Counted from the first letter of the stretch, positions 1 through 10,343 are shown. The stretch is 64,000 bases of DNA from an uncultured Bdellovibrionales bacterium (GCA_964469265.1 CAYXYF010000006.1:13098-77097); one strand, 5' to 3'. Notes: generated from the letters alone by a model not told the origin. Made by a program: numbers and translations.

Positions 1-828
1 TCTATGAACCCACAACCACTGCTCTGGATGTTCTTTAACGATTTTTTCAATAACGTCATTATACTTTTGCGTCATTCTCTTAATATCTTGCTCCCGATCA
101 CCTGTAACATCAAGTTCAATCGGTTTTAAGACTCCAATTGCAATCTTTCCGTCACTGCGACGAAAGTTATATATGGGTATAACGGGGCTTTGAGTCTTCA
201 TCGAAAAAGCAGCCAACCCAGCTGCGGTCCATGCTCTTTTACCGAAGAACTCCACAGGTATTCCGTGAGGCGCTCCCATATGTTGATCCATTACAAAAAT
301 AAGAGTCTCATTGTTTTTAAGTGCTCTAAAAATATCAAATGGGTTTCTTCTATCTGCGATGAACTTTATACTATTCTTTTCTCGCATATCGTTGACGAAC
401 TTATCAATGGCTTCGTTTTTGATTCGCTTTAAGGTCGCGTTCACTTTATATCCAAAACCCGAAAAACCCACCAACGCAAAATCAATGGCGCCAAGATGAA
501 GAGTCATTAAGAGGGCGCCTTTGCCCTTCGCCAATTGCTGGTCGATGATTTCTCTGTTGTGAATTTCAAAATACTGAGAGTGTAGCGATGAATCATAATT
601 ATATATAAGAAGATACTCGAAGAAAGAAAAACATAAGTGTTGCACACTTTTTCTGCCAACCCGAATTCGTTTTTTCATAGGCCATTCTGGAAAGCAGTGA
701 GAGATATTCTCAATCACAAGTTTTCTACGAAGCCGAATAATATCAAACCACAATATCCCTAAAATCTGGGCAAAGAGGAACTGCACCTTTCTTGGGAGCT
801 TTGTAAAAAACTGGCTTGTTGGAATCAT
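1..828 (-). CDS. LpxL/HtrB-family lipid A (lysophospholipid) acyltransferase; 3' end cut by the window edge
   Basis: Absent from the ORF track because it has no stop inside the window. Hand translation of the minus strand from the ATG at 826-828 gives MIPTSQFFTKLPRK...LMTLHLGAIDFA (HX4D acyltransferase motif)...KEHPEQWLWVHR. It lies directly downstream of lpxK. Confidence 0.75.
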   Translation of the reverse strand, partial: MIPTSQFFTKLPRKVQFLFAQILGILWFDIIRLRRKLVIENISHCFPEWPMKKRIRVGRKSVQHLCFSFFEYLLIYNYDSSLHSQYFEIHNREIIDQQLAKGKGALLMTLHLGAIDFALVGFSGFGYKVNATLKRIKNEAIDKFVNDMREKNSIKFIADRRNPFDIFRALKNNETLIFVMDQHMGAPHGIPVEFFGKRAWTAAGLAAFSMKTQSPVIPIYNFRRSDGKIAIGVLKPIELDVTGDREQDIKRMTQKYNDVIEKIVKEHPEQWLWVHR

Positions 829-835
829 AAAAAAC

Positions 836-1825
836 TTAATGAAGTACTTCATAAAATCTTTCTAGCGAGCTTTTGCTTTCGAAAACTAATTTCGCTACAC
901 ATATACGCAAATCTTTACTTATTTCTCGCAGTTTGACGGCATCCTTTTCCGTCGTAAGAAGAATTGCTCCTTGGCCCACTTTCTTTTTTATATTTTTCAT
1001 ATCCGCTGCGGAATAACGGTGATGATCTCTGTAAGACAAATGAGCGCGGATGGATAGTCCTGGGATGGCTTGAAGAGTTAAGTTTTCAAAACTTTCAGGG
1101 TTACCAATTCCTGAGATAAGAGAGGCTTCTTTTGGAGGCGTGATGACTTGCTCACCACTTTTCAAATCATAAAAACCTTCAATGACGGATTGAAACTCAA
1201 CGACTGGTTTGCCTTCTAATTTGTTTTTTATTTTGGACAGCTGATCAGAGCTAGCTAGATTGGTTTTTGTTAAAAACACAAAGTCTGCTCTTTTTAGGTA
1301 GTGAAATGAGTTTCTAGCTCTTCCGACGGGCGGATAGTTATAGTTTAAAAGTTTTTCTGTTGCATCAATGACGATGACATCAATATCTCGTTTCAATCTG
1401 CGGTGTTGAAAACAATCGTCAGCAATTATTAAGTCAAACGCTCCCAATCTTTCAATCTCACGACAGGCATGGACTCTATCCTCACCCACAAATACACGAA
1501 CTTCAGGATGTTTTGATTTTATAAGTGTGGGTTCATCCCCGTATTTTTCAGCTCTGAGATTCTCATTGGCTGAAACTTCTAAAAATCCTTTTGTATTGCG
1601 GCCATAGCCTCGACTTAAAACTGCAATTTTTTTCTTTTTTTTAAGATCACGAATGAGAAAATCCACCACAGGAGTCTTGCCCGTTCCACCGAAGGTCAAG
1701 TTTCCGACAGATAGAATTTGGACATGGGACCCATAGGATTTTTTAAGACCCAAATCATAGAGCTTTTCTCTGACCCAAACTCCCAATGCAAAAATCAATG
1801 AGACGGGATAAAAGATAATTCTCAC
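836..1825 (-). CDS. lpxK: Tetraacyldisaccharide 4'-kinase
   Basis: 329 aa. N-terminal TM helix followed by the GNLTFGGTGKTP P-loop typical of LpxK. Overlaps lpxB by 4 nt. Confidence 0.85.
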   Translation of the reverse strand: MRIIFYPVSLIFALGVWVREKLYDLGLKKSYGSHVQILSVGNLTFGGTGKTPVVDFLIRDLKKKKKIAVLSRGYGRNTKGFLEVSANENLRAEKYGDEPTLIKSKHPEVRVFVGEDRVHACREIERLGAFDLIIADDCFQHRRLKRDIDVIVIDATEKLLNYNYPPVGRARNSFHYLKRADFVFLTKTNLASSDQLSKIKNKLEGKPVVEFQSVIEGFYDLKSGEQVITPPKEASLISGIGNPESFENLTLQAIPGLSIRAHLSYRDHHRYSAADMKNIKKKVGQGAILLTTEKDAVKLREISKDLRICVAKLVFESKSSLERFYEVLH

Positions 1826-3000
1826 GAGTCTTTCCCTAGAAATTTAAGAATACTTTGAGCAACTCTTTTGTTGGCGCCTGCATTTCCGAGTTTGTTTTTA
1901 AGCTCTTTAAGTTCGCTCACTTCTTTTTCGTAAAGTGCAGGATCACTTAGAACTTTGTAAGCTTCGTCAGCTATGGCTTCAGATGTGGCTTCTTCTTGGA
2001 AGAATTCCTTTGAAATACTTTTATCTGAGATGAGATTTGACATTCCAAAGTATTTTGGCTTTCTCATAATAAGTCTTCCGAAGAGGACAGTCATTTTCTT
2101 CATGATATACATGATCGCCATGGGCTTTTCCATAAGGCCTACGGTCAATGTTGCGGTTCCAGACGCGCACAAAACATAGTCTGCCATGGATACCATCTCA
2201 AAGGGATCTCGCTTAACAAAAATAATTGGCATCGTTAGATTCGGGATCTTTGCTTTGATATCATCAATAGATTTGTTGGGAGCCACGAAAAGCATGACAG
2301 CCAAATCTGGGATTTTTTCGCGTAAAATCTCTGCAGCACCCAGTTGCACTGGAATATGATGATTTAACTCAAACGCTCGACTTCCTGGCATCAATCCCAA
2401 AATCTTTTGATGAGCATGAATTCCGTATCTTTGTCTTAAATCATTTTGATAGTCTTTTGTGAATAGCTCTGGGCGAATTTCATCCAGCAGGGGATGCCCC
2501 ACAAACTCCACATCAACGCCATATTTTTTATAAAAGTCGACTTCAAATGGAAAAAGGACCAGCACCTTATCAATATATTTTTTGATAAAGTGTACCCGCC
2601 CCGTTCTCCAAGCCCAAATTTGCGGAGAGATATAATAGTAAACTTTAAATCCAGCTTTTTTTAATTTTTTAGCTAAACGAAGATTGAAGTCTGGATAATC
2701 AAGAAGCAACACACAGTCGGGTTGGCGGCGTTTGGCTTCGTCTATGAGTTTATGAAACACGGTCCAAATCGTACCAAAGACGGCAAGAACCTCTTGAATA
2801 CCCATGACTGCAAGCTCTTCGGATTTTCCGAAGCGCTCAAAGCCCATTTCTTCCATCTTTTGGCTGCCAATACCGAAGGCATTGACCTCATAGCCCATCT
2901 CTTTCCAAATTTTAAGTAGGTTTTCCGCGTAATGAGTACTCGATGCTTCCGCGGCGATAATTAGAATATTTAATTTCTTATTTTTCTCTGCCTCTGCCAT
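1822..3000 (-). CDS. lpxB: Lipid-A-disaccharide synthase
   Basis: 392 aa. N-terminus ILIIAAEASSTHYAENLL is typical of LpxB (GT19). Sits between lpxA and lpxK, with a 1-nt overlap with lpxA. Confidence 0.9.
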   Translation of the reverse strand: MAEAEKNKKLNILIIAAEASSTHYAENLLKIWKEMGYEVNAFGIGSQKMEEMGFERFGKSEELAVMGIQEVLAVFGTIWTVFHKLIDEAKRRQPDCVLLLDYPDFNLRLAKKLKKAGFKVYYYISPQIWAWRTGRVHFIKKYIDKVLVLFPFEVDFYKKYGVDVEFVGHPLLDEIRPELFTKDYQNDLRQRYGIHAHQKILGLMPGSRAFELNHHIPVQLGAAEILREKIPDLAVMLFVAPNKSIDDIKAKIPNLTMPIIFVKRDPFEMVSMADYVLCASGTATLTVGLMEKPMAIMYIMKKMTVLFGRLIMRKPKYFGMSNLISDKSISKEFFQEEATSEAIADEAYKVLSDPALYEKEVSELKELKNKLGNAGANKRVAQSILKFLGKDS

Positions 3001-3782
3001 TAGATGGCAATTCCTCTCTCAGATTTTTTGATAAAATAAACAAGGTTCTGAATTTCAGGAACAGCTTCGCACTCTCTTTGAATCCGACTAACTCTTTCTT
3101 CAACGGTGCTATCACCTTTTGTCATGATCCGAATTGCTTTATTGATTTCAGTAATTGATTTTTCAGAAATGCCTTTCCTTTCGAGTCCGATTTTATTTGT
3201 CGCTCGAACGACTGCAAAGTTCCCTTGTGCAATAGAGTACGGCAAAATGTCTTTATTGATTGAGCTAAAGCCCGCAATAAAGCAGTGACTACCGAGGGTG
3301 GCAAACTGATTCACACCGCTCATTCCACCAATGGTCACATGATCTTGCACCGTCACGTGGCCCGCAAGTTGACATGAGTTTGCAATCACATTGTGATCTC
3401 CAACAATGCAGTCGTGGCCAAAGTGGGCATAGGCCATAACTAAATTACCGTCGCCAAGCTTCGTAACTCCTCCGCCTTGGACAGTTCCCAAATTAAGTGT
3501 CGTGTATTCTCGGATGTGATTATTATTACCGATAACAAGTTTTGTTTTCTCACCCTTGTATTTTTTGTCTTGTGGAATTTCTCCTAAAACCGCGCCCGAG
3601 TAAATATGGTTTCCTTCTCCAATTTCAACAACGCCTTCTTCACAGCCAATCACAACGCTATTTCTAAGAACACAATTTTTACCGATTTTTACTTGGCCCT
3701 TAATAATGCAATAAGGTCCTATCTCAACGGATGGATCAATATTGGCTTCTTTAGATATAATACTTGTAGGATGAATTGCCAT
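3000..3782 (-). CDS. lpxA: UDP-N-acetylglucosamine O-acyltransferase
   Basis: 260 aa. Hexapeptide left-handed beta-helix repeats (IGPYCIIKGQVKIGKNCVLRNSVVIG...) plus a helical C-terminal domain. Order is fabZ-lpxA-lpxB. Confidence 0.9.
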   Translation of the reverse strand: MAIHPTSIISKEANIDPSVEIGPYCIIKGQVKIGKNCVLRNSVVIGCEEGVVEIGEGNHIYSGAVLGEIPQDKKYKGEKTKLVIGNNNHIREYTTLNLGTVQGGGVTKLGDGNLVMAYAHFGHDCIVGDHNVIANSCQLAGHVTVQDHVTIGGMSGVNQFATLGSHCFIAGFSSINKDILPYSIAQGNFAVVRATNKIGLERKGISEKSITEINKAIRIMTKGDSTVEERVSRIQRECEAVPEIQNLVYFIKKSERGIAI

Positions 3783-3797
3783 GCTTCCTCGCTTCTT

Positions 3798-4265
3798 TTA
3801 CGGGCTCATTTGCGCAAGAATCTGTGCCTCGGCCTTACGTTCTCCGTCACAATGGACTTCACACTCAAATGTATAGAAGGTTCCCTTAATCCGAGATACC
3901 TTTGCACGCAGCTCTAACACGTCACCAGGCACGACTGGTTTTCTAAACCGTGCCTTGTCTACACCCAGAATAAAAAAGCTCCACTTCCCACCCTTCGGGT
4001 GTGGACGATACGCCATTAAAGCACTCGCTTGTGCCATGGCCTCGATCACTAAGACACCTGGCATGATCGGGTTTTCAGGAAAGTGGCCTGGGAAGAAGGG
4101 CTCGTTAAACGTTACGTTTTTACGAGCCACAATTTCATCGCCTAACCCTTTTGAGTCGCCTCGCTTAATATCCAGCACCTTATCAACGAGAAGAAACGGA
4201 AACCGGTGGGGAAGGATATTAAAAACATCCATGTAGCTAAACTGCTTCTGAGTAATATCAAACAT
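3798..4265 (-). CDS. fabZ: 3-hydroxyacyl-ACP dehydratase
   Basis: 155 aa hotdog protein with LPHRFPFLLVDKV and FPGHFPENPIMPGVL motifs. Confidence 0.9.
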   Translation of the reverse strand: MFDITQKQFSYMDVFNILPHRFPFLLVDKVLDIKRGDSKGLGDEIVARKNVTFNEPFFPGHFPENPIMPGVLVIEAMAQASALMAYRPHPKGGKWSFFILGVDKARFRKPVVPGDVLELRAKVSRIKGTFYTFECEVHCDGERKAEAQILAQMSP

Positions 4266-4276
4266 TCAAAATCCTT

Positions 4277-4819
4277 TTATTTTTTAGCTTCAAATGCCTT
4301 TACAACTTTATCAGTAATATCTAAATCTTTTTCAGCCCAAAGAACTCCATTCTCTCTTCTTTCAAGAATGACTGTGTAGCTTTCCTTTTTTGCCATCTCT
4401 TCAATAACTGTTTGAAGTTTTTTAAGAATAGGCTCTGTTAACTTTCTTTCTTCTTGCTGGATCTCTTGCTGATTCTTTTGAACAGTTTGTTGGAACTCCA
4501 TCATGCTCTCTTGAAACTCTTTTTGCTTTTGAGCACGAACTTCATCGGAAAGAACCATTGCTTTTTTCTCAAGCTCTTCGCCCATCTTTTTTAATTCGCC
4601 TTCCTTCTTTTGAAGACCTTTTTTTCTTTTTTCAAAGTTTGCCTCTAAAGACTTCTTTGCTTTTTGTCCTGCTTTAGTAGACTGAATTGCTTTTTGCATA
4701 TCGACGTATCCGATCTTGACGTTAGCAGATGCAGTTGAGGCAAGTAATCCGATTGTCATTGCCATGACCACCATTAATGTTTTCATAATTCGTTTCTCCT
4801 TGTTTTGTTTAAAAACCAT
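4277..4819 (-). CDS. skp: Periplasmic chaperone Skp/OmpH
   Basis: Signal peptide (..LLASTASA) followed by K/E/Q-rich coiled-coil sequence. Positioned between bamA and fabZ. The true start may be the internal ATG (MKTLMVV, about 4786). Confidence 0.75.
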   Translation of the reverse strand: MVFKQNKEKRIMKTLMVVMAMTIGLLASTASANVKIGYVDMQKAIQSTKAGQKAKKSLEANFEKRKKGLQKKEGELKKMGEELEKKAMVLSDEVRAQKQKEFQESMMEFQQTVQKNQQEIQQEERKLTEPILKKLQTVIEEMAKKESYTVILERRENGVLWAEKDLDITDKVVKAFEAKK

Positions 4820-4834
4820 TTACTTAGTAATGAA

Positions 4835-7150
4835 TTAAAAAGGCGCACCAATTGAGAACTCAAAGTTGTTTGGTCTATCATCATCCCGCGCGTCGATTGG
4901 GAAGCCCCACTCAAATCGTAGTGGCCCAATTGGAGAGAACCATCTAAATCCGAATCCATAGTTACTTCTAAAGTCCGAAAACTTAAACTGATCTTGGGCG
5001 TCGCCTATATCAAAAAATACAACGCCCTTGATCCCAGCCTCTGCAATAAGAGGGAACTCAATTTCAGTGTTTAAAAATAACTGCTGCTCACCACCGAACG
5101 GAACCATTTCATTATTTGAGTCCAGCACGCGCTTACCAACCCTAGAGTACTGGTAACCTCTTAAGCTATTTGCGCCCCCTAGTAGGAATAACTCAGTGTA
5201 CGGCGCTCGAATTCCCTCTGGTGTATTAATAATTCCGTAGGTGACGTTATTTCTCCAAACAAGATCCCATAATACCTTTTTATAATATCTAAATGTTGTC
5301 GTCGTCAGTGTATAGCGTTTGTCACCGCCGATACCTGCGTATTCAACAGAAGCATTTGTATAAATACCGTCCGTAGGTGTTAAGCGGTCATCTCGCTTAT
5401 CATATTCTACGGTAAAGGTGAGAGAGCTTGTTCTTCCGTTCACGGTATCCACTGGGAAGATATTTGCATCTGTGCCCTCATCGAGTTTCACATCGGTGAC
5501 GTCGTTCTTATAGCGCAAGAATCCACGCAAGTAAGGCGCAAGTGGGTGTCCTAACCGTACCGCTCCACCCTTCTTGGTTTGCTGATATACGCCCGTTACG
5601 GTTCTTTGAAGCCTGTAAAGATCTCCGCCGACGCTCCACTCTGTGTCCATAAAGTAAGGCTCAGTGAAGTTAATATTAAAGATCGATTCTTTATTGGAAT
5701 AAGAAACGTTAAACCCTAATCTCTGTCCGCGTCCAAACAAGTTCGATTGCTGAATATTTCCCTGGAACGTGGTCTTGGCATAGGAGCTATAGCCTGCACC
5801 AATTTGAATACTGCCCGTGTTTCTTTCCGCCACGTTGATATCAATGTCCATAACATCTGGATTGTTCTCAGGAGTTTTTGGATTAAATGTAATTTCATCA
5901 AAGAATCCAAGCCGACGAACGTTTGCCATGGACTCACGTTTTTTGGTTTCGTTATAGAGCTCGCCTTCAAGAACCTTTAATTCACGACGAACCACTTTAT
6001 CTCGGGTTCGTGTGTTTCCAACGATGTTAAAGTTTCCGAAGTAAACCTTATTTCCTTTTTCAAACCTAAAGACAATATCGACCTTACGATCTTTTTCGCG
6101 AACGCTCGTTAGCGGAATAATATTGGCGTATGCATATCCAAGATCGCCGTACTTTGCTTGGAGCCTGTTAATGTCTTCTTGAAGGGTTTGCGCAACGAAC
6201 ATGGATTCTTCATCGATCTTAATGACCTCAGACAGTTCAGATGACGAGAATAACATATCTCCTTGGAATTCAATGTCGCCAACTTGGAATTGCTCGCCCT
6301 CTTCAATCCGGATCGTAATGAAGATACCTTTTTTGTCTGGGCTTACTGTCACTTGAGGCTTTGATATCTTTACCTGAACGTAGCCTTTGTTAAAGTACAT
6401 AAAGCTTAAAATCTGTTGGTCTCGCTCAAAGACTTCCTGTTTGTATGCTCCTGATCCGCTGAGAAAGCTAAAGAAGCCTTGCTCTTTAGTTTGAATCACT
6501 GATTTTAACTCTGTGTCTGATAACTTTTGATTGCCGATAAAGTTAATTCTTTTAACTTTCACTTTATCGTTTTCTTTAATTTCAAAAACAAGTCGAACAC
6601 GGTCCTCGTCGTTGTTGATGGTTTCAAACTTGTAAGAAACCTGTGCTAAGAAAAATCCTTTTTCTTCATAAAGCTTACTGAGCTTCTCTTCAGCCTTTTG
6701 AATCGTCGAGATATCTAAAATCTGGTAAGGCTTAAGTTCTATGGCATCTTGAAGATCAGAATCACTAAGCTCATCGTTTCCGCGATAGACAATTTCAACA
6801 ATGGAGGGTTTTTCCGCGACCTTGTAGGTGAGCTTGATTCCAGAAGAAGTCTGTGCGCGGTCAACTTGAATGTCATAAAAGTAGCCTAGCTTAAAAATTG
6901 AATTAATGTCTTCACGAATTGTTTCTCGAGAAAATGTTCCGCCAACCTTGCTCTTAATGCGGTTTAAGATTGCGTCTTTTTCAATTTTTCGATGACCAGT
7001 GACAACGATTTCTGAAATTGTATTTTTGGAAACATTCTTTCTTGTTGGTTTGGCTTTGCTTCTTGCTGTTTGAGCAATACTAATATCAGCCATCAAAGAC
7101 AGACAGAGTAATAAAATAAGGCTAGATATGAGTGATCTATTTAATTTCAT
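4835..7150 (-). CDS. bamA: Outer membrane protein assembly factor BamA
   Basis: 771 aa. Signal peptide, POTRA-type N-terminal repeats, and a C-terminal beta-barrel ending in ...FEFSIGAPF (terminal aromatic residue). Confidence 0.9.
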   Translation of the reverse strand: MKLNRSLISSLILLLCLSLMADISIAQTARSKAKPTRKNVSKNTISEIVVTGHRKIEKDAILNRIKSKVGGTFSRETIREDINSIFKLGYFYDIQVDRAQTSSGIKLTYKVAEKPSIVEIVYRGNDELSDSDLQDAIELKPYQILDISTIQKAEEKLSKLYEEKGFFLAQVSYKFETINNDEDRVRLVFEIKENDKVKVKRINFIGNQKLSDTELKSVIQTKEQGFFSFLSGSGAYKQEVFERDQQILSFMYFNKGYVQVKISKPQVTVSPDKKGIFITIRIEEGEQFQVGDIEFQGDMLFSSSELSEVIKIDEESMFVAQTLQEDINRLQAKYGDLGYAYANIIPLTSVREKDRKVDIVFRFEKGNKVYFGNFNIVGNTRTRDKVVRRELKVLEGELYNETKKRESMANVRRLGFFDEITFNPKTPENNPDVMDIDINVAERNTGSIQIGAGYSSYAKTTFQGNIQQSNLFGRGQRLGFNVSYSNKESIFNINFTEPYFMDTEWSVGGDLYRLQRTVTGVYQQTKKGGAVRLGHPLAPYLRGFLRYKNDVTDVKLDEGTDANIFPVDTVNGRTSSLTFTVEYDKRDDRLTPTDGIYTNASVEYAGIGGDKRYTLTTTTFRYYKKVLWDLVWRNNVTYGIINTPEGIRAPYTELFLLGGANSLRGYQYSRVGKRVLDSNNEMVPFGGEQQLFLNTEIEFPLIAEAGIKGVVFFDIGDAQDQFKFSDFRSNYGFGFRWFSPIGPLRFEWGFPIDARDDDRPNNFEFSIGAPF

Positions 7151-7255
7151 CTGAAGCTGATTTTACCCTTATAATTCAAAGCGTTAGACTCCCTTGAATC
7201 TCAGAAGATGTCAACAATGAACAAACAGACAATTTGCTGGTGTTGGCGCGGTCTA

Positions 7256-7963
7256 TCATACCCATTGACCGTCTTTGAGATGCAGAATTTTTGGGAACCG
7301 ACGTGCGAAATCTCGATCATGACTCACGACAATAAGGGTCAGGCCCAATTTTTCTTTTAGCTCGAAGAATAACTCTTGGATTTTTAAGCCATTCACAGAA
7401 TCTAAGTTTCCTGTGGGTTCGTCTGCTAGGAGCATAGCAGGGCTCATAACTAACGCTCTTGCTGTTGCGACTCTCTGTTGCTCACCACCACTCATCTCAT
7501 GGGGATAATGTTTTGCTCTCTGACTTAGACCCAAAAATGTGAGTAATTTATTAGCAAGTATTTCGCTTTCTCGCTGTCCCATTCCCGCAATTTGGCAAGG
7601 CATCATAACATTTTCAAGGGCTGTAAACTCATTCATAAGATGGTGAAACTGGAACACAAAGCCCATGCTTCTGTTTCGGAATGAACTGAGCCCCTCATCG
7701 GATTTGTCCAAAAGAGATTTCCCTTCAAAAAACAGTGATCCCTCTGTGGGGCGATCAAGTGTTCCTAAGATTTGCAGAAGTGTACTTTTTCCTGCTCCGG
7801 ATGAACCCATAATACAAACTGCTTCGCCTTTGAAAACTTTAAAGTCCACACCTCTTAAAACTTCTAAGCTTTTATCACCTTGCTTGAAGATCTTTCTGAT
7901 GCCTCGCGCTTCAAGAAGGGGGATCATGCTTTGTTGGCCAACTGGATTAAATAGTTTACTCAT
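7256..7963 (-). CDS. lolD: Lipoprotein-releasing ABC transporter ATP-binding protein
   Basis: Walker A GSSGAGKST, signature SGGEQQR, Walker B LLADEPTGNLD. Overlaps the upstream permease gene by 8 nt. Confidence 0.85.
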   Translation of the reverse strand: MSKLFNPVGQQSMIPLLEARGIRKIFKQGDKSLEVLRGVDFKVFKGEAVCIMGSSGAGKSTLLQILGTLDRPTEGSLFFEGKSLLDKSDEGLSSFRNRSMGFVFQFHHLMNEFTALENVMMPCQIAGMGQRESEILANKLLTFLGLSQRAKHYPHEMSGGEQQRVATARALVMSPAMLLADEPTGNLDSVNGLKIQELFFELKEKLGLTLIVVSHDRDFARRFPKILHLKDGQWV

Positions 7964-9173
7964 ACTTAAGACCTTCTATGGGTTTTAACTTTGATCCGCG
8001 TATTGCAGGAAGTATTGATGATAAGAAACAAATAAATACGGTTACAAGAAAAATTGCAGTAATGTCGCCAACGCGAATATCAATCGGTAAACGATCGAAT
8101 TTATATACGTCGCCCGGAACATCAACAAGGTCAGTGTTTGCCACTAGCAACGAAAGCCCTAACCCAAATAAAATTCCAAGAATGGAACTAATAATTCCCA
8201 TCAGCAAGCCTTGCAATACGAAAAGCTGAACAAGAAATCTCGGTGATGCGCCTAGGGTTTTAAGAATAGAAATATCCCCAAATTTTCTTAAAACACTCAC
8301 GTAGACAGAGCTACTGACATTAAAACTTGCTACGATCACAATAAATAAAACCACAATAAAGATAACAACCTTTTCAAGCTCCACAGCCGAGAAAAAATTA
8401 TGATTCATTTCACGCCAATCGCGAACTCTGTAATCAGCGCCCAGTTCTGCAGCTATACGTTTAGAAAGTTTTGGGACTTCATCGACATTTTTAAACTTTA
8501 AGTATGCGCCCATGTAACTTGAGCCGATATTTAAGAGATCTTGAACAGCTTCATCGGAGGCAATTATTATTTTTTCGTTGTAGTCGAATTTTCCAAAATC
8601 AAGAATGGCACTTAACGTAAACTTTTGAACCACAGGATTAAAACTCTGAACTTTTTCAAGGGAAGGTTTTGGAACAACGATATTAAAAGTATCACCCACA
8701 TTTATTTTAAGTCTGTTCGCAATCTCTTTTCCGACGGCGGCATTGTATATGCCGTCTTTTTGTGAAACATCAAAACTGCCTGCAATCACTCGCTTATGTG
8801 GTGATATAACGTTTAAAGCCGTTTCTTCATTAATCCCATGGATCATTATCCCGAGGATTTCTCCCTTACTGACGATAACTCCTTGCGGACTCACAAATGG
8901 AGTTAGTGTTTCATACTGAGGTTCTATCTCAGTTAACTTTGCATCAATTTCTGCGGGGTCAAATTGTCCGCCACGAGAGACCACCAACATATGGCCAGTA
9001 AGGTCCGTGATCGAGTCTTGAATTAATTTTTGAACGCCACTCACAACGGACATGGTTAGCACAAGGCAAGTTACTCCGAGAATAACTCCGATACTGGAAA
9101 GATAAACGGTCATCCTGAGGGTCTTATTTTGCGCCTTAAGGTATCTTAAAATAATTTGAAGTTTTAATTTCAC
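7956..9173 (-). CDS. Lipoprotein-releasing system permease (LolC/E, FtsX/MacB type)
   Basis: 405 aa. N-terminal TM helix, a large periplasmic domain and three C-terminal TM helices. Paired with lolD; only one permease gene is present. Confidence 0.8.
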   Translation of the reverse strand: MKLKLQIILRYLKAQNKTLRMTVYLSSIGVILGVTCLVLTMSVVSGVQKLIQDSITDLTGHMLVVSRGGQFDPAEIDAKLTEIEPQYETLTPFVSPQGVIVSKGEILGIMIHGINEETALNVISPHKRVIAGSFDVSQKDGIYNAAVGKEIANRLKINVGDTFNIVVPKPSLEKVQSFNPVVQKFTLSAILDFGKFDYNEKIIIASDEAVQDLLNIGSSYMGAYLKFKNVDEVPKLSKRIAAELGADYRVRDWREMNHNFFSAVELEKVVIFIVVLFIVIVASFNVSSSVYVSVLRKFGDISILKTLGASPRFLVQLFVLQGLLMGIISSILGILFGLGLSLLVANTDLVDVPGDVYKFDRLPIDIRVGDITAIFLVTVFICFLSSILPAIRGSKLKPIEGLKYE

Positions 9174-9184
9174 TTAAATCGCCC

Positions 9185-10313
9185 TTAAGCCTTTTTCTCT
9201 GCGCCGTTAAGAACCTGCGCTTTTAACTGTTCTTCAATAAAGTTTTGAATATCCCCATCCATAACGTCGTCGACTTGGCTGGTCTCATGATTTGTTCGAT
9301 GGTCTTTCACAAGATGATAAGGATGCATGACATAGGACCTGATCTGACTTCCCCACTCGTTTGCTTTTTTTGTTGAGTTGAGTTTGTCTTTTTCAGCGGC
9401 CTTTTTCTGCATTTCAAGTTCATAGAGGGCGGCCTTTAACATCTTCATTGCCTTTTCACGGTTTTGGATTTGGCTGCGTTGGCTTTGGCACTGCACCACT
9501 GTTCCCGTGGGCTCGTGGGTGATTCTTACAGCGGAGTCTGTTTTGTTCACGTGCTGTCCGCCAGCACCGCCAGCGCGATAGGTTTCAATTCTGAGATCTT
9601 CTGTTCGGATGTCAATTTCAACTTCGTCATCGACTTCTGGCCATGCAAAGACTGCAGCAAAGCTTGTGTGCCTTCGGGCATTGCTATCAAAAGGACTGAT
9701 ACGAACTAACCTATGAACCCCGGCCTCAGCTTTTAAAAAGCCATAGGCATAGGGTCCCTCGATATGAAGGGTTGCTGATTTAATTCCTGCTCCGTCACCA
9801 TCGGTTTGTTCTAGCATTTCAACTTTAAATTCCTGCCGCTCGGCATACATAATATACATACGCATGAGCATCGAAGCCCAATCACAAGCTTCAGTTCCAC
9901 CAGCACCAGAGTTAATGGAAAGAAAGGCCGAGTTAATATCTACTGGATCTTTAAGCATGGTTTTAAGTTCCATTTCATCGGATATGGGAACTAAAGCTTT
10001 GACCTCGGCCTTAACCTCATCATAGGTTGCGTCGTCGTTGGCCTCTACCGCCATCTGAAGAAGGATTAAGGCATCTTGCGTGCGCTGATGGAGCGCCTTC
10101 CAGTCGTTGACAGTTTTTTCTAATATGCTTTTTTCTTTATTAACTTTTTGGAGTTCGCCAGGTTTATTCCAAATCGATGGATCTTGAGATTTTTGCTCTA
10201 GCTCTTTGAGACGTCTTTCCTTGACCTCGATTTCAAAGATACCTCCAGAGGTCTTTGTTCTTATCTTCTAGGTCAGCGAGCTGTCTTTTCGTTTCATGAA
10301 CATCTGTTGCCAC
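9185..10313 (-). CDS. prfB: Peptide chain release factor 2, requiring a programmed +1 frameshift
   Basis: The track ORF 9185-10054 carries the RF2 core (SPFDSNARRHTSFA, GGAGGQHVNKTDSAVR). Hand reading extends it. A GTG at 10313-10311 (GGAG 5 nt upstream) opens a 26-codon frame, MATDVHETKRQLADLEDKNKDLWRYL. That frame stops at TGA 10235-10233. The +1 frame continues EIEVKERRLKELEQ... into the track ORF. Confidence 0.9.
10233..10246 (-). promoter_or_regulatory. RF2 autoregulatory +1 frameshift site (GGAGG-TAT-CTT-TGA)
   Basis: The minus strand reads TGG AGG TAT CTT TGA A. An internal Shine-Dalgarno-like GGAGG lies 3 nt before the CTT slippery codon and the in-frame UGA, the same architecture as the E. 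coli prfB site. Confidence 0.85.
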
Positions 10314-10343
10314 GGTGTCTCCATTAATCTGAATAGGCCTAGA

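Noticed and set aside
3606-3917. 103-aa plus-strand ORF across the lpxA/fabZ junction, and similar 60-110-aa ORFs antisense to bamA, lolD, murJ, topA, tex and others.
   Set aside because: All lie antisense or out of frame within strongly supported genes. They have low-complexity or stop-poor composition typical of AT-rich antisense frames, and no RBS or motif.
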